A stretch of DNA of 64,000 nucleotides from Deltaproteobacteria bacterium (GCA_016210045.1 JACQUX010000038.1:165139-229138), one strand, 5' to 3'; positions 27,923-37,953 are shown, counted from the first letter of the stretch. Notes: a model not told the origin generated them from the letters alone. Program-made: numbers and translations.

Positions 27923-28984
27923 ATGCAACTCAAACATCGTCCTTATTGGTACCTCCTCTTCGCGATCGCATTCGCCGGCGTGGTCCTCTGGATCGAACGG
28001 CCGGATCGGGAATCGATTCGTGTCGCGGAGTCGCAGCCACTATTCGCCGGGTTGCAGTCTGAACAGATCGCGCGGATCGAGATCGAGCAACTGCTGGATG
28101 GCGTACAGTTGGTCCGCGACGGGACGCAATGGATGATCCGCCCGTTGACGTCGACGTTGAAGGCCTCGGTGACCGAGGCGGAGGCGCAGCCGACTGCGGA
28201 TGCCCCGGAGACTGTGTCGGCCGCGCCGGCGTCGCCAGCCGACGCGACGCTGATTGCATCGGCGTTGGAGACGTTGACGAAACTCGAAGTCGGCGGCGTA
28301 GCGAGCCGGAATCCGGACGCGCACGACAAATTGCAAGTCGGAAAACTGGCGCTGCAAGTGCGCGCGTTCGACGCCGCAGGCAAGGCGTTGGCCTCGCTGC
28401 GGATCGGCGGCCAAGGCCCCGATTTCCTGAGCAGCTACGTGCGCGCCGGCGACGCGCCGAATGTCTATTTGGTTCGCCAACAATTGCGCAGCCATTTCCC
28501 GACCCGCTTGGCGCCATGGCGCGATAAAGTGATTTGGAAGCTCGACCCGGATCTAATCACGTCCGTGCAACTCGACCGCAAGACCGGCAACTTGGCGATC
28601 GCGAAACAGCCCGATGGCTTATTCGCGCGCAGCGATGTCGCCACGCCAACTCCGCTGGATGCGGCGAAATTGCGGGAGTGGTTCAGCGGCTGGACCGGAC
28701 TCAATGCCGTCGAGATCGCGGAAACTGCGGATCCGAAAACCACCGGTCTCGACGACACGAAAGATCGTTTGATTGTCAAATTGCAAGATGGGACCGAACG
28801 GATGCTGTTGCTCGGTAAAGCGGCCACGCACGGCTCCTACTTCGCGAAGCTAGCCGACCGCGATACCGTGTTCGTGTTGCCGACGACTTTCCAATCCGTG
28901 ATGACCGCCGACGTCGCCCAATGGGTCCCAGCCGCCGAACCGCCCGCTTCCACCGCCGAGTCGTCTGCGCCGGTTGCGGAATAA
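27923..28984 (+). CDS. DUF4340-like protein of the Gld-like ABC operon
   Basis: N-terminal anchor, two repeated halves (YVRAGD..VYLV / YFAKLAD..VFVL) and WRDK; typical operon position. Confidence 0.75.
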   Translation: MQLKHRPYWYLLFAIAFAGVVLWIERPDRESIRVAESQPLFAGLQSEQIARIEIEQLLDGVQLVRDGTQWMIRPLTSTLKASVTEAEAQPTADAPETVSAAPASPADATLIASALETLTKLEVGGVASRNPDAHDKLQVGKLALQVRAFDAAGKALASLRIGGQGPDFLSSYVRAGDAPNVYLVRQQLRSHFPTRLAPWRDKVIWKLDPDLITSVQLDRKTGNLAIAKQPDGLFARSDVATPTPLDAAKLREWFSGWTGLNAVEIAETADPKTTGLDDTKDRLIVKLQDGTERMLLLGKAATHGSYFAKLADRDTVFVLPTTFQSVMTADVAQWVPAAEPPASTAESSAPVAE

Positions 28985-29005
28985 CGCACTGCCTTGCCGT
29001 TATCT

Positions 29006-29494
29006 CTACGGATCCACGACCGGCAGCCAGCGGTCCAATTCGCCGAGGCGGTCTTCCACTGGGGGCTGGCAAGTATACTCCGTCGTCCGGTGAGCGCGAC
29101 GGTGGCGGACGCGGATGCCGCGCTGTTGCTCCGGCCGCTCGCCCTCGCCGTTGTAATCGGAAAAGAGTTCGTACGTGTAATCGCCGTTGTCGAACGCGAC
29201 CGTGAGATACGTCACTTGATACCGCGTATAGCGCGAAAGTCGGAAATGGGCCGACGGCGTTCCGTGGGCAGTGGGAAACGTGAGTTCCAAATGTCCCAAC
29301 TTGCCGAAGCGATATTGCAACGCCGTCAGCGATTCCCGCTGCCGCGTGCCACAGAGCGCCACGACCTTTCCGCTCCCGACGATCGTGCAACTGAAATACG
29401 TCGCCTCCGGCGGACGGCACCAGGTATCGACACTGGCGGCGTGGAGTAGTGAGGGCGGGAGCGACAAGCAAAATGCCAGTGTCAGGTTACGCAT
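29006..29494 (-). CDS. Small secreted hypothetical protein with Cys residues
   Basis: Signal peptide, WC..YFSC..GKVVALC and LQYRFG. Confidence 0.65.
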   Translation of the reverse strand: MRNLTLAFCLSLPPSLLHAASVDTWCRPPEATYFSCTIVGSGKVVALCGTRQRESLTALQYRFGKLGHLELTFPTAHGTPSAHFRLSRYTRYQVTYLTVAFDNGDYTYELFSDYNGEGERPEQQRGIRVRHRRAHRTTEYTCQPPVEDRLGELDRWLPVVDP

Positions 29495-30707
29495 GTTCCC
29501 TCTTACGAGCCGATGCGTTTGCAGTGGCATCGGCGTGTCCCCACGCCCGATACCCATACATGCACAATCCGCACGCCACCACGCCGGTTGTGCCGCAGAG
29601 TACCCAGCAGGGGCCGAAGCCAAACCAGTCGAGCAATAGGCCGGCACCGAGCGGGCCCACCATGGCCCCAGCTGCGGAGACGGCGTGGGAGATGCCAAAA
29701 AGCCGGCCGCGAAGGTGACGCGGGGATTGTAATGTGATCAACTGATACAGCACTGCTGCGGCCAGCGCCTCGCCGATCGTGACGACGGCCTCGGCCGCCA
29801 AGAGTCCCGGCAGTGTGCGAGCTATGGCAAACAGTGCGGTCCCGGCACCCAGCACGAGCGTGCCGAGGCCGGTGCCGATGAACGGATGCCAGCGACTGAG
29901 CCACGCCGTGAGCGGATATGCGAGGATGATGATCCCGATCGCGTTCCACGAGACGGTCACGCCGTAGACCCAGGTTGGCAGTGCCAACTGCTGATGGATG
30001 TAAAGCGGCAACACGGAGAAGCCGAGGACCATCGGAATCATAAACAGCAGTTCGACCAACATCACGAGCGCGAAACGCCCGACGAAAAACGTTTCCTGGT
30101 CGTCGCGTGCCGTGTCTTCGGTGCTTGTTGTCGACGGCGCATTCCAAATCAACCGCCAGGCGATCGCCCAACAACCCGCCAGCGCCACCGCATTCCACGC
30201 AAAGAGCCACTCGAAGCCCCAGGCCAGCAGCGCGCTGCCGAGCAACGGGGCGATCAAAAAACCGATGTTGATCATCGTGTGATGCAGGCTGAAGGCCTTC
30301 GTCAACTGAGGTCCGGCCATATAATGAGTCAGCAGCGTCGAGGAGGGTGGCCGGACGAGTTCAATACAGACGCCGCAAGCAAAGACGGATGCCACGAGCC
30401 ACGCGACCGAGTGTGCCCGCAACAGCGCGAGAATGGTGACGACACCGCCGGCGTAACTGAGCAGGATGAGCCGCCGGCATCCCCAACGGTCGACCGCGTA
30501 GCCGCCCAATACCGTGGCGAGGATCGAGCCGGCCCCGTAGATGCCCATCGTTTTGGTCGCCTGCGCCGCCGTGAAGTGGAAGCGTTCCGCCAGATACAAG
30601 GCGAGAAACGGAATCACCATCGCCCCGGCCCGAGAAAGGGCCGTCGTCGTGAAGATCCCCAGCACCGGGCCAGGATAGGAACGCAGCAATGTCAGCAAAG
30701 CGCGCAT
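29487..30707 (-). CDS. MFS transporter
   Basis: About 12 hydrophobic segments, motif A GGYAVDRWGCRR and PRHLRGR. Confidence 0.9.
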   Translation of the reverse strand: MRALLTLLRSYPGPVLGIFTTTALSRAGAMVIPFLALYLAERFHFTAAQATKTMGIYGAGSILATVLGGYAVDRWGCRRLILLSYAGGVVTILALLRAHSVAWLVASVFACGVCIELVRPPSSTLLTHYMAGPQLTKAFSLHHTMINIGFLIAPLLGSALLAWGFEWLFAWNAVALAGCWAIAWRLIWNAPSTTSTEDTARDDQETFFVGRFALVMLVELLFMIPMVLGFSVLPLYIHQQLALPTWVYGVTVSWNAIGIIILAYPLTAWLSRWHPFIGTGLGTLVLGAGTALFAIARTLPGLLAAEAVVTIGEALAAAVLYQLITLQSPRHLRGRLFGISHAVSAAGAMVGPLGAGLLLDWFGFGPCWVLCGTTGVVACGLCMYGYRAWGHADATANASARKREHA

Positions 30708-30717
30708 ACGTTACATT

Positions 30718-30790
30718 CATCCGAGTGGGGACAGGTACCTTGCGATCGTTATTTTTCGCGCATTGGAAGGTACCTGTCCCCACTCGGATG
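30718..30790. repeat. REPIN-like palindrome, GGGGACAGGTACC family copy 2
   Basis: Perfect 24-bp arms catccgagtggggacaggtacctt. Confidence 0.85.
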
Positions 30791-30899
30791 GAATTAGAAG
30801 TGGGCTATTAGCATCAGGTGGGCGCGGGTGCAATGGGTGTGTTATCCGACAAAATTGCCGATTGACGAGTGGCGATGCTGTGGATAAGTAGCGCCCTCT

Positions 30900-31505
30900 A
30901 TGTCTCGTACCCCGCGTCCTCGGATTCGTTGGTCCATTGGGCTGGCGTTGCTGCTGATCGGTGGCGGCGTGAACTTGTGGCCCGCCCCGACGGCCGTCCG
31001 CTTGGTGGCCCGCGCCGTGCCGTGGGAGGCGGTTGCCGTCACGCGGGGCCGTCCCGCGCTGGGAAAGCGAGTCCAGTTCCGCGGCATCCCCCGCTTGGCG
31101 CAGCACCCGCTGGCGCCGATTATCATCGCGGCCGCAGAGCGGTATCAGCTTGATCCGGCGATCATTGCGGCCATCATTCATGTCGAGTCGGGATTCAATC
31201 CGTTAGCGCGTTCTCCGAAAGGCGCGATGGGGCTGATGCAACTGATGCCGCAGACCGCGGGGCGACTCGGGGTCGAAACGCCGTATGATCCGGCCACGAA
31301 CGTCTTTGCCGGGGCCCGCTACTTCCGCCAAATGCTCAACCGCTTTCATGGCGATTATCTGCTGGCGCTCGCCGCGTACAACGCCGGGCCCGGTGCCGTC
31401 GAACAGCACGGCGGTATTCCTCCGTACGCCGAAACCGTCCAATATGTGCCGAAAGTGATCCGCTACTATCGCCAATACGCGGCCCTCGCGCGTCCCGCCG
31501 GCTAA
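30900..31505 (+). CDS. Lytic transglycosylase (SLT domain)
   Basis: HVESGF, SPKGAMGLMQLMP, ALAAYNAG and PPYAET. Confidence 0.93.
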   Translation: MSRTPRPRIRWSIGLALLLIGGGVNLWPAPTAVRLVARAVPWEAVAVTRGRPALGKRVQFRGIPRLAQHPLAPIIIAAAERYQLDPAIIAAIIHVESGFNPLARSPKGAMGLMQLMPQTAGRLGVETPYDPATNVFAGARYFRQMLNRFHGDYLLALAAYNAGPGAVEQHGGIPPYAETVQYVPKVIRYYRQYAALARPAG

Positions 31506-31508
31506 GCG

Positions 31509-32294
31509 TTACAACAATCCCGCAGCCATCAGCAGGCCGATGACCACGAGCAGCAGCCCCGTGAGCCGCTGGATGGTCGTCATCGTGATCTTGTGGAGGA
31601 ATTGCATCCCGAGCAGGACGCCGCAAACCGCAGCGATGCTGCCGGTCAGGATCATCCGGCCTTCAGCGGTGACAGGGAGCGTCCGCCAGTGGAATGTAGA
31701 CAGCATCGTCCCATACGTCAGCAACCGGATCGCATCCACGGCCAGGCCGATCACCGCGTTGGTCCCGATGAACGCCTGCGGTGTCAGGTCGACTTTCGTG
31801 AGAAACGCGGAACGTAAGGCGCCTTGATGGCCGGAGAGACCGCCGAAAAAGCCGGAGAGCATTCCGCCGAGCGGCAAATATTTGCGGTTGAAGGAGAGGT
31901 GTTTGAATCCGGGGTGCAACTCCAGCACTGCAAAGCCCAAGATGAGTACGCCTAAGACGAATGACAGCGGACTGACGTCGCGTGCGCCGAAACATTGGTA
32001 CGAAAACCATGGAGGGAGATGCGCCAGTCGGACCAGCAATACCGCTCCCACATAGGCCGTCGCAATGGCCGCAAGCCCGAAGCGCCAGACGATTTTGAAA
32101 TCGGCCAGTCGGCCTGCGACCAGCACCTTGAGTACATTATTAGCGCCATGGACGATCGCGGTCGCGGCGACGGCCATATCGGTGGGGAGGAAGATCGCGA
32201 ACACGGGCAACAGAATGGTGCCGAGACCGAATCCGGAAAAGAGGGAAAGAAACGATGCCCCCAACGAAACCACGGCTATGAGTACGAGATCCAT
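31509..32294 (-). CDS. TSUP / TauE-SafE family transporter
   Basis: SGFGLG and GGMLSGFFGGLSGHQG; multiple TM segments. Confidence 0.85.
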   Translation of the reverse strand: MDLVLIAVVSLGASFLSLFSGFGLGTILLPVFAIFLPTDMAVAATAIVHGANNVLKVLVAGRLADFKIVWRFGLAAIATAYVGAVLLVRLAHLPPWFSYQCFGARDVSPLSFVLGVLILGFAVLELHPGFKHLSFNRKYLPLGGMLSGFFGGLSGHQGALRSAFLTKVDLTPQAFIGTNAVIGLAVDAIRLLTYGTMLSTFHWRTLPVTAEGRMILTGSIAAVCGVLLGMQFLHKITMTTIQRLTGLLLVVIGLLMAAGLL

Positions 32295-32359
32295 CGGCTG
32301 ATAGCGAATGTCTCTCGCACGAAATCATCCGGATTGTCTAGGGTGGTATTGCCGTGTCG

Positions 32360-33505
32360 TTAGATCTCGGGGAGAAATCCGAGCCGATCGAGCGTTTCGA
32401 CTACGCTGTCGAGTGAAGGCGCTGCAGCTGCGGCGGCTCTTGGGGCCGGGCGTTTTTGGACGATTCGTAGCGGATTGCGAGCGATCGCCGTCATGAGCGC
32501 TGGGCTCCACGGGGCTTGCGTCAGATGGTAACGCCGGAGGGCCGCCTTCGTGAGCGCCATACGGGCTTTGGGTGGATCGAGATGCCAATCGACCAGTAAA
32601 TGTTGCCACGCCGGCGGGACTGCGAGTTTTTGTTCCATCAGTTGCGTCGCATGTTCCACGCCCTTCACGAGGACTTCCACGGTGATCCACGCATCGCTGA
32701 TCCGATCCACCAAGTCCGCACAATAGCCAGCCAGGCCTCCGTAGTCGGCGTCACATTCGGTCGCGACGCGCTGCAAGTCCGCTAGCGGCGGGAAACAGGC
32801 GGCAAAGCGATCGAGCTTGTGTCGCAGCGTCGTCCGGAATCGGATTTCGTCGATGAGATTCGCAAAGGCCAGCGCAGGATCGCGGTCGGCAAGGAGCTCG
32901 ATTTCGAGCGTCACGGGATCGCGGCTGGTCATCCGTGCCAGCCCTAACGCGAAATCTCGTTCTTCGGGTGGCGTCTCGGCGACGTGATAGCGAATGACGA
33001 GAGGCTCCCGAGGATCTGGAGCCATTTGCCGCAGGGCCGAGGCATAGATGCAGCGGCGCGGATCCGAGGTATTCGAGAGTGGCGCGATCAGGTCCAATGG
33101 GCTGAGTTTGCCGGCCAACGCTGCCGTGTTGCGGTGTTGCGTGGCACGGCGTGCGCGTTCCGCGCTACGACTGGGATGCGGTGGTCGTTCCGCGCGCCGA
33201 GGCGCCGCATCTTCTGCCGGGGGCACGCGGCTCTCGAAGAGGCGCCGTGCGAGCAAAACGGTGCCGGGGACGAAGCGCGCGACGCGCGCATGAGCCGTGG
33301 GCGCGCCGGGTGCGCGGAGTGCCACGGGCGCTGCGCGTTGCATCGGCTTTGGTATTAATGGTGTCGGGGCGCCGGGAAATACGTGCAATTTCCCGCCAAT
33401 GGCAGTGCCGGTGCCCGGGCGCAACTTGCCGCCCCCGCCCATGCGGCCCCGAAACGGTCCAAAAGGTCCTCCCCCGGGTCCCCGGGGCGGTCGCGTACCC
33501 ATCAT
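32360..33505 (-). CDS. Orphan hypothetical protein with Gly/Pro/Arg-rich N-terminus
   Basis: ATG 5 nt after the sigma28-like -10 box, suggesting a leaderless start. Confidence 0.6.
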   Translation of the reverse strand: MMGTRPPRGPGGGPFGPFRGRMGGGGKLRPGTGTAIGGKLHVFPGAPTPLIPKPMQRAAPVALRAPGAPTAHARVARFVPGTVLLARRLFESRVPPAEDAAPRRAERPPHPSRSAERARRATQHRNTAALAGKLSPLDLIAPLSNTSDPRRCIYASALRQMAPDPREPLVIRYHVAETPPEERDFALGLARMTSRDPVTLEIELLADRDPALAFANLIDEIRFRTTLRHKLDRFAACFPPLADLQRVATECDADYGGLAGYCADLVDRISDAWITVEVLVKGVEHATQLMEQKLAVPPAWQHLLVDWHLDPPKARMALTKAALRRYHLTQAPWSPALMTAIARNPLRIVQKRPAPRAAAAAAPSLDSVVETLDRLGFLPEI

Positions 33506-33510
33506 AAGAG

Positions 33511-33537
33511 GTATCGGCAATCTGCCGGAAAAGTTGT
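33511..33537 (-). promoter_or_regulatory. sigma28-like promoter
   Basis: ACAAC-N14-GCCGATAC. Confidence 0.62.
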
Positions 33538-33668
33538 GTCAGTCGGCGAACGACAAGTGCACGGCGGACGCGTATCGCAGAACGAACGGCGCCGTGCAAC
33601 GGAAATGATTTGATATCGAATGACTGCGGTCATGGCGTCTCGGCGTCGGCAGGCGTCCGATAGCCGGT

Positions 33669-35276
33669 ATGGGGCCGCAAGCGCGCACACTCAGCATAAA
33701 ACACCGGATCTTGCTGTTCTCCGTGGTGGGACTCGGTATCTCGATCGCGATGGTCTTGATGTACAGCGTGGCCCATGTGCGCGAGGCGATCGACCGCAGG
33801 GTCACCGAACAACAGCGCGTGACGACGTTGGTGGCTCGGCATCTGGATCACGTGCTGCAATCCCAACTCACAACGTTGAGCGGGCTTTCGCTGTTGCCGG
33901 GCGTGGATCTGCACGACGCCGATTGGGAGCCGGAGCGGGTGGCAATTCACGGCATGGTCCGCACGTCACTTTTTCGGAAGGGGATTTTTTTGCAAGACGC
34001 GCAAGGCGCGGTCCCGTTGCGCGAGCCGATGGATGCCCTCGTGCCGGCGGTCGCGTGGTCGGCCGTATCGTTGCATAAACCGTTAGTGACGACGGTGACG
34101 GCCGACGGGGCGGGGGGCGCGCGGTGGATCCTCATGGTGTTGCCGTTGCGTGACGGGCGCGGGGGCAGCTTCGGTATCATCGGCGGCCTGATCGACCCGG
34201 CCCAGACGGGATGGGTCACGGCGCTGTTTCCGGCAGCGGCCGACCTTCCAGGCATGATCGAGGTGTTGGATCGCGATGGCGTCGCGGTGTGGCGCACGGG
34301 ATGGTCCGACACCACCGCTGTCACGACGGCGCATGATGATGTCTCCGCGACCGTCACGGAGGCCGCGCTGGCCGTGGCGCCGTGGCGAGTGTCTGTGCGG
34401 CAACCGCGAAGCGCGGCGTGGCGGTCTGTGATGTCGTTGCAAACGCGAGCCGTCTTGCTGGCCCTGTTGCTTTTGCTGGTCGGACTCGGGTTTGCGCTCG
34501 GCATGGCCCGCAGTGTGACGCGCCCGATCGCGGTGTTGCAACGGAGCGCGCAGCAGATCGCCGATGGGGATTTCGCGCGGCCGGTCCCGCTGCTGGGCGG
34601 CGACGAACTGGGCGTGCTCAGTCGCCACTTCGAAGTGATGCGGGTCCGGTTGTTTTCCTGGCATCGGGAACTGGAAGGAAAAATCCGGGAACGCACCCAG
34701 AAGATCATTACGGCACAAGAGGAAGAACGGAAGCGGATTGCACGGGAGCTGCACGACGACTTGGCGCAAAAGATGGCCGCGCTGCTGCTGAAACTCGAGT
34801 TGCAGCGGCCGGAGGAGGCGCGCGCATTGGCCATTCAAGTGCTCGACGACATGCAGCGGTTAATGCGCAATTTGCGGCCGTCGATCTTGGACGATGTCGG
34901 ACTCAATTCGGCGATCCGCTGGTTGGTGAAACACAATCTCACGGCGACGGGCGTTGCGACGCAATTGTTTCTCGATGAGTCGCATCCGCGCTTGGCGCCG
35001 GCGCTGGAAACGGCTGTCTTTCGCGTGGTGCAGGAAGCGGTGGCAAACGTCTGTCGTCATGCGGCGGCGCAGCGAGTCGTCATTTGCACGCAACAGCAAC
35101 ACGACGTACTCCACGTCACGATTGAAGATGACGGTTGCGGATTCGATCCCGCGGCGGCCGCGAGCTTCGGGATTGCAGGGATGCAAGAGCGGGTCGCGTT
35201 AGTCGACGGGCGGATGCAGATCGACGCGGTCCCGGGACGCGGCACGAAGATCCGCGTGGAGGTTCCACTGCGATGA
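33669..35276 (+). CDS. Sensor histidine kinase (Cache-like, HAMP, HisKA_3)
   Basis: Two TM segments, HAMP domain, EERKRIARELHD, FRVVQEA.AN, EDDGCGF and FGIAGMQER. Confidence 0.93.
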   Translation: MGPQARTLSIKHRILLFSVVGLGISIAMVLMYSVAHVREAIDRRVTEQQRVTTLVARHLDHVLQSQLTTLSGLSLLPGVDLHDADWEPERVAIHGMVRTSLFRKGIFLQDAQGAVPLREPMDALVPAVAWSAVSLHKPLVTTVTADGAGGARWILMVLPLRDGRGGSFGIIGGLIDPAQTGWVTALFPAAADLPGMIEVLDRDGVAVWRTGWSDTTAVTTAHDDVSATVTEAALAVAPWRVSVRQPRSAAWRSVMSLQTRAVLLALLLLLVGLGFALGMARSVTRPIAVLQRSAQQIADGDFARPVPLLGGDELGVLSRHFEVMRVRLFSWHRELEGKIRERTQKIITAQEEERKRIARELHDDLAQKMAALLLKLELQRPEEARALAIQVLDDMQRLMRNLRPSILDDVGLNSAIRWLVKHNLTATGVATQLFLDESHPRLAPALETAVFRVVQEAVANVCRHAAAQRVVICTQQQHDVLHVTIEDDGCGFDPAAAASFGIAGMQERVALVDGRMQIDAVPGRGTKIRVEVPLR

Positions 35277-35950
35277 CACCCATCACGGCCACGATTAATG
35301 TGCTGATTGTCGATGATCACGCGATTTTGCGGGAGGGCATCCGCGCGTTGCTCGCGGCCGCGGAGGATATGGTGGTGGTCGGTGAGGCGGCCAATGGCCA
35401 AGAGGCGATCGAGCGGGTTGAGGAACGGCGGCCGGATGTCGTCTTGATGGATATCGCGATGCCGGGGCTCGGTGGGCTCGAAGCCACGCGGCAGGTCTGC
35501 GTGCGGAGTAAAGTCCTGATCCTCACGCAGTACGACAATCCGGAGTATATCTATCGCGCATTCAAGTCCGGTGCCTTGGGCTACATTCTGAAACGCGCCC
35601 TTGGGAGTGAACTGTTGACCGCGATTCGCGCGGTGCATCGCGGCCGCACTTATCTCGATCCGACGATCGCGTCCGACGTCATTGCCGGATATCTGCGTGA
35701 TCGGGGGGAGCACGTAGTGACCGATCCGTACGAACTCTTGACGGATCGCGAGCGCCAAGTGCTGAAACTCTTCGCGGAAGGTTGCACGGCGAAAGAAGTG
35801 GCGACGGTATTGAAAGTCAGCGTGAAGACAGCGGGGGCGCATCGTGACAACCTGATGCGCAAGTTAGGGCTCCATAATCGGGCCGCGCTGGTGCGGTTCG
35901 CGATCGAAAAAGGCGTGCTCTCGGGCATTAAAGAGGGAGAAATCGGGTGA
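35273..35950 (+). CDS. NarL/LuxR-family response regulator
   Basis: VDDH, LMDIAMP, LTDRERQVL and HRDNLMRKL. Confidence 0.95.
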   Translation: MTPITATINVLIVDDHAILREGIRALLAAAEDMVVVGEAANGQEAIERVEERRPDVVLMDIAMPGLGGLEATRQVCVRSKVLILTQYDNPEYIYRAFKSGALGYILKRALGSELLTAIRAVHRGRTYLDPTIASDVIAGYLRDRGEHVVTDPYELLTDRERQVLKLFAEGCTAKEVATVLKVSVKTAGAHRDNLMRKLGLHNRAALVRFAIEKGVLSGIKEGEIG

Positions 35951-36013
35951 GTGCCCAATGGTTAAAGTGTGGCCGACATCGTATCTTGGTGGCGAACCAA
36001 GAAGGAGGTACGT

Positions 36014-36208
36014 ATGAAAACCACATTGCAAGCCATCGGGATGCTCGTGACAGGGTCGCTGTTGGGCCTGCTGTACGTCATCTTTCTCCCGTTCATCGGC
36101 TTCACGATGGTGTTCTATCACGGCATCGTGTGGGCGGGGCGGGCGGCGCGACGGGCGGTGAGCCTCTGCGCAGACGCGGTGGAGAGAAGGGTACGGGACA
36201 AGGCATGA
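36014..36208 (+). CDS. Small membrane protein leading the cytochrome operon
   Basis: AAGGAGG RBS, GLLYVIFLPFIG and ATGA overlap with the cytochrome c gene. Confidence 0.7.
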   Translation: MKTTLQAIGMLVTGSLLGLLYVIFLPFIGFTMVFYHGIVWAGRAARRAVSLCADAVERRVRDKA

Positions 36209-37257
36209 AGCGCTGCTGGGTGGTCGTGGGGCTGTGCGGGCTGTTGTTGGGGCCGATAGTCGAGGCGCAGAGCCAAGAGAAAAATGCCGCGTGTCTGGCG
36301 TGCCATGACGATCCGACGTTGACCACGTCGTTGTCGAGCGGCGAGTCGCTGGTCTTGCACGTCGACCCGCAGCAGTTTGCCGGATCGGTGCATGGCGCGC
36401 AACTCTCCTGCACCGACTGCCATGATGTGGCGCTGGAGTCGCATCCGAGCGGGACTGTGGCATTTGCGACGCGGCGCCAATATGCGCTGGCGATGTATGA
36501 AAATTGTAAGCGGTGCCATTTTTCCAATTACACCAAATTGTTGGAAAGCGTGCATTACGACATGCTGGCGCAAGGGGCGCTGCACGCGCCGGTCTGCGTC
36601 GATTGCCACGGCGCCCATGATGTGGAACGGCCGGCCGCGGATCGCCAAGGCATCTCGCGGCGCTGTGCCACGTGCCATCATACAATTTATGCTACGTATG
36701 CCACGAGTGTGCATGGCGCGGCGCTGCTCGGCGACAACAACCAAGACGTTCCCGTATGCACCGATTGCCATACGGCCCACAATATTCAGGACCCGCGGTC
36801 CGCGCAATTTCATTTGGAGTCCCCGGAGGTCTGCGGACGGTGTCATGCCAACGCCCCGTTAATGGCCAAATACGGTCTTTCAACGGACGTCTTGCGCACG
36901 TATCTGAACGACTTTCATGGCGTCTCGGTGCAGTTGCATCGACAGGAAGGCGCCCCCGAATCGACCGCAGTGACGGCGGGGTGTATCGATTGTCACGGCG
37001 TTCATAATATCAGTCGAGCCGATGCGCCGAATTCAACCGTCATGAAAACCAATCTCGTCCAACAGTGCCGGCGCTGTCATCCGGAGGCCTCGGAGCACTT
37101 TCCCGATGCGTGGCTGTCGCATTACGAGCCGACGCCGACCAAGGCGCCGCTCGTCTACGCGGTGAAGCTCTTTTATCGGATCTTTATTCCGTTCATCATC
37201 GGGGGGCTGGCGCTCCATATCTTGCTCCATATCTGGCGAGCGATCGTGAATCGATAG
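36205..37257 (+). CDS. Nonaheme c-type cytochrome with C-terminal membrane anchor
   Basis: Signal peptide and nine CxxCH motifs (CLACH, CTDCH, CKRCH, CVDCH, CATCH, CTDCH, CGRCH, CIDCH, CRRCH). Confidence 0.93.
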   Translation: MKRCWVVVGLCGLLLGPIVEAQSQEKNAACLACHDDPTLTTSLSSGESLVLHVDPQQFAGSVHGAQLSCTDCHDVALESHPSGTVAFATRRQYALAMYENCKRCHFSNYTKLLESVHYDMLAQGALHAPVCVDCHGAHDVERPAADRQGISRRCATCHHTIYATYATSVHGAALLGDNNQDVPVCTDCHTAHNIQDPRSAQFHLESPEVCGRCHANAPLMAKYGLSTDVLRTYLNDFHGVSVQLHRQEGAPESTAVTAGCIDCHGVHNISRADAPNSTVMKTNLVQQCRRCHPEASEHFPDAWLSHYEPTPTKAPLVYAVKLFYRIFIPFIIGGLALHILLHIWRAIVNR

Positions 37258-37266
37258 GAGGCGGTT

Positions 37267-37953
37267 GTGCGAAAGTGGATACGCTTTACCCGGCAAGATC
37301 GTCTGGAGCACTGGCTGGTCGCGCTCTGTTTTCTGTTGTTGGTGTGGACCGGGCTGCCACAAAAATACTACGGAGCCGAGGTGTCGCAGTGGATCATCGC
37401 CCACAGTGGCGGGATCGATTACACCCGATTACTACATCGCGTGGTCGGTTTTGTTTTTACTGCGCTGACCGTATGGCATGTCGGCTCGCGCGTCTGGGGC
37501 TTTCTGCGCAAAAAAATTGCCCCCTCGATGCTGCCGACGAAACGCGATTTTACCGACGCGATCACGAATCTACGCTATTACATGGGGCTCACGGACCACG
37601 AAGCGCGCTGCGATCGATTCGATTACAAACAGAAGTTCGAATATTGGGGCATGCTGATGGGGAGCGCCGTGATGATCGCCACCGGGCTGCTGCTCTATGC
37701 GCCGGCATGGTTCACGCAGTGGTTGCCCGGGGTGTTGATCCCCGCCGCTAAAGTGGCGCACAGCAATGAGGCAATGTTGGCACTGCTCGTAATCGTCGTT
37801 TGGCATTTGTACGGCGTGGTGTTCAGCCCCGAAGTCTTCCCGCTCGATACCAGTATGTTCACCGGCAACATTTCGGAAGAGCGGATGAAGAAAGAACATC
37901 CGTTGGAATACGAACGCCTGCAGCGCGAAGCGGAGACGCCGCCGCTCACTTGA
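37267..37953 (+). CDS. Cytochrome b (FdnI / Ni-Fe hydrogenase cytochrome b-like) subunit
   Basis: RFT..RLEHW, LHR, RFDYKQKFEYWG, AHSNEA and WHLY. Confidence 0.88.
   Translation: MRKWIRFTRQDRLEHWLVALCFLLLVWTGLPQKYYGAEVSQWIIAHSGGIDYTRLLHRVVGFVFTALTVWHVGSRVWGFLRKKIAPSMLPTKRDFTDAITNLRYYMGLTDHEARCDRFDYKQKFEYWGMLMGSAVMIATGLLLYAPAWFTQWLPGVLIPAAKVAHSNEAMLALLVIVVWHLYGVVFSPEVFPLDTSMFTGNISEERMKKEHPLEYERLQREAETPPLT

Noticed and set aside
30879..30887. DnaA box / replication origin
   Set aside because: Single TGTGGATAA match with no box cluster, AT-rich unwinding region or dnaA context
37255..37269. Programmed amber read-through (pyrrolysine) joining the cytochromes
   Set aside because: A good AGGAGG RBS and GTG start explain the junction; no pyl genes are in the window
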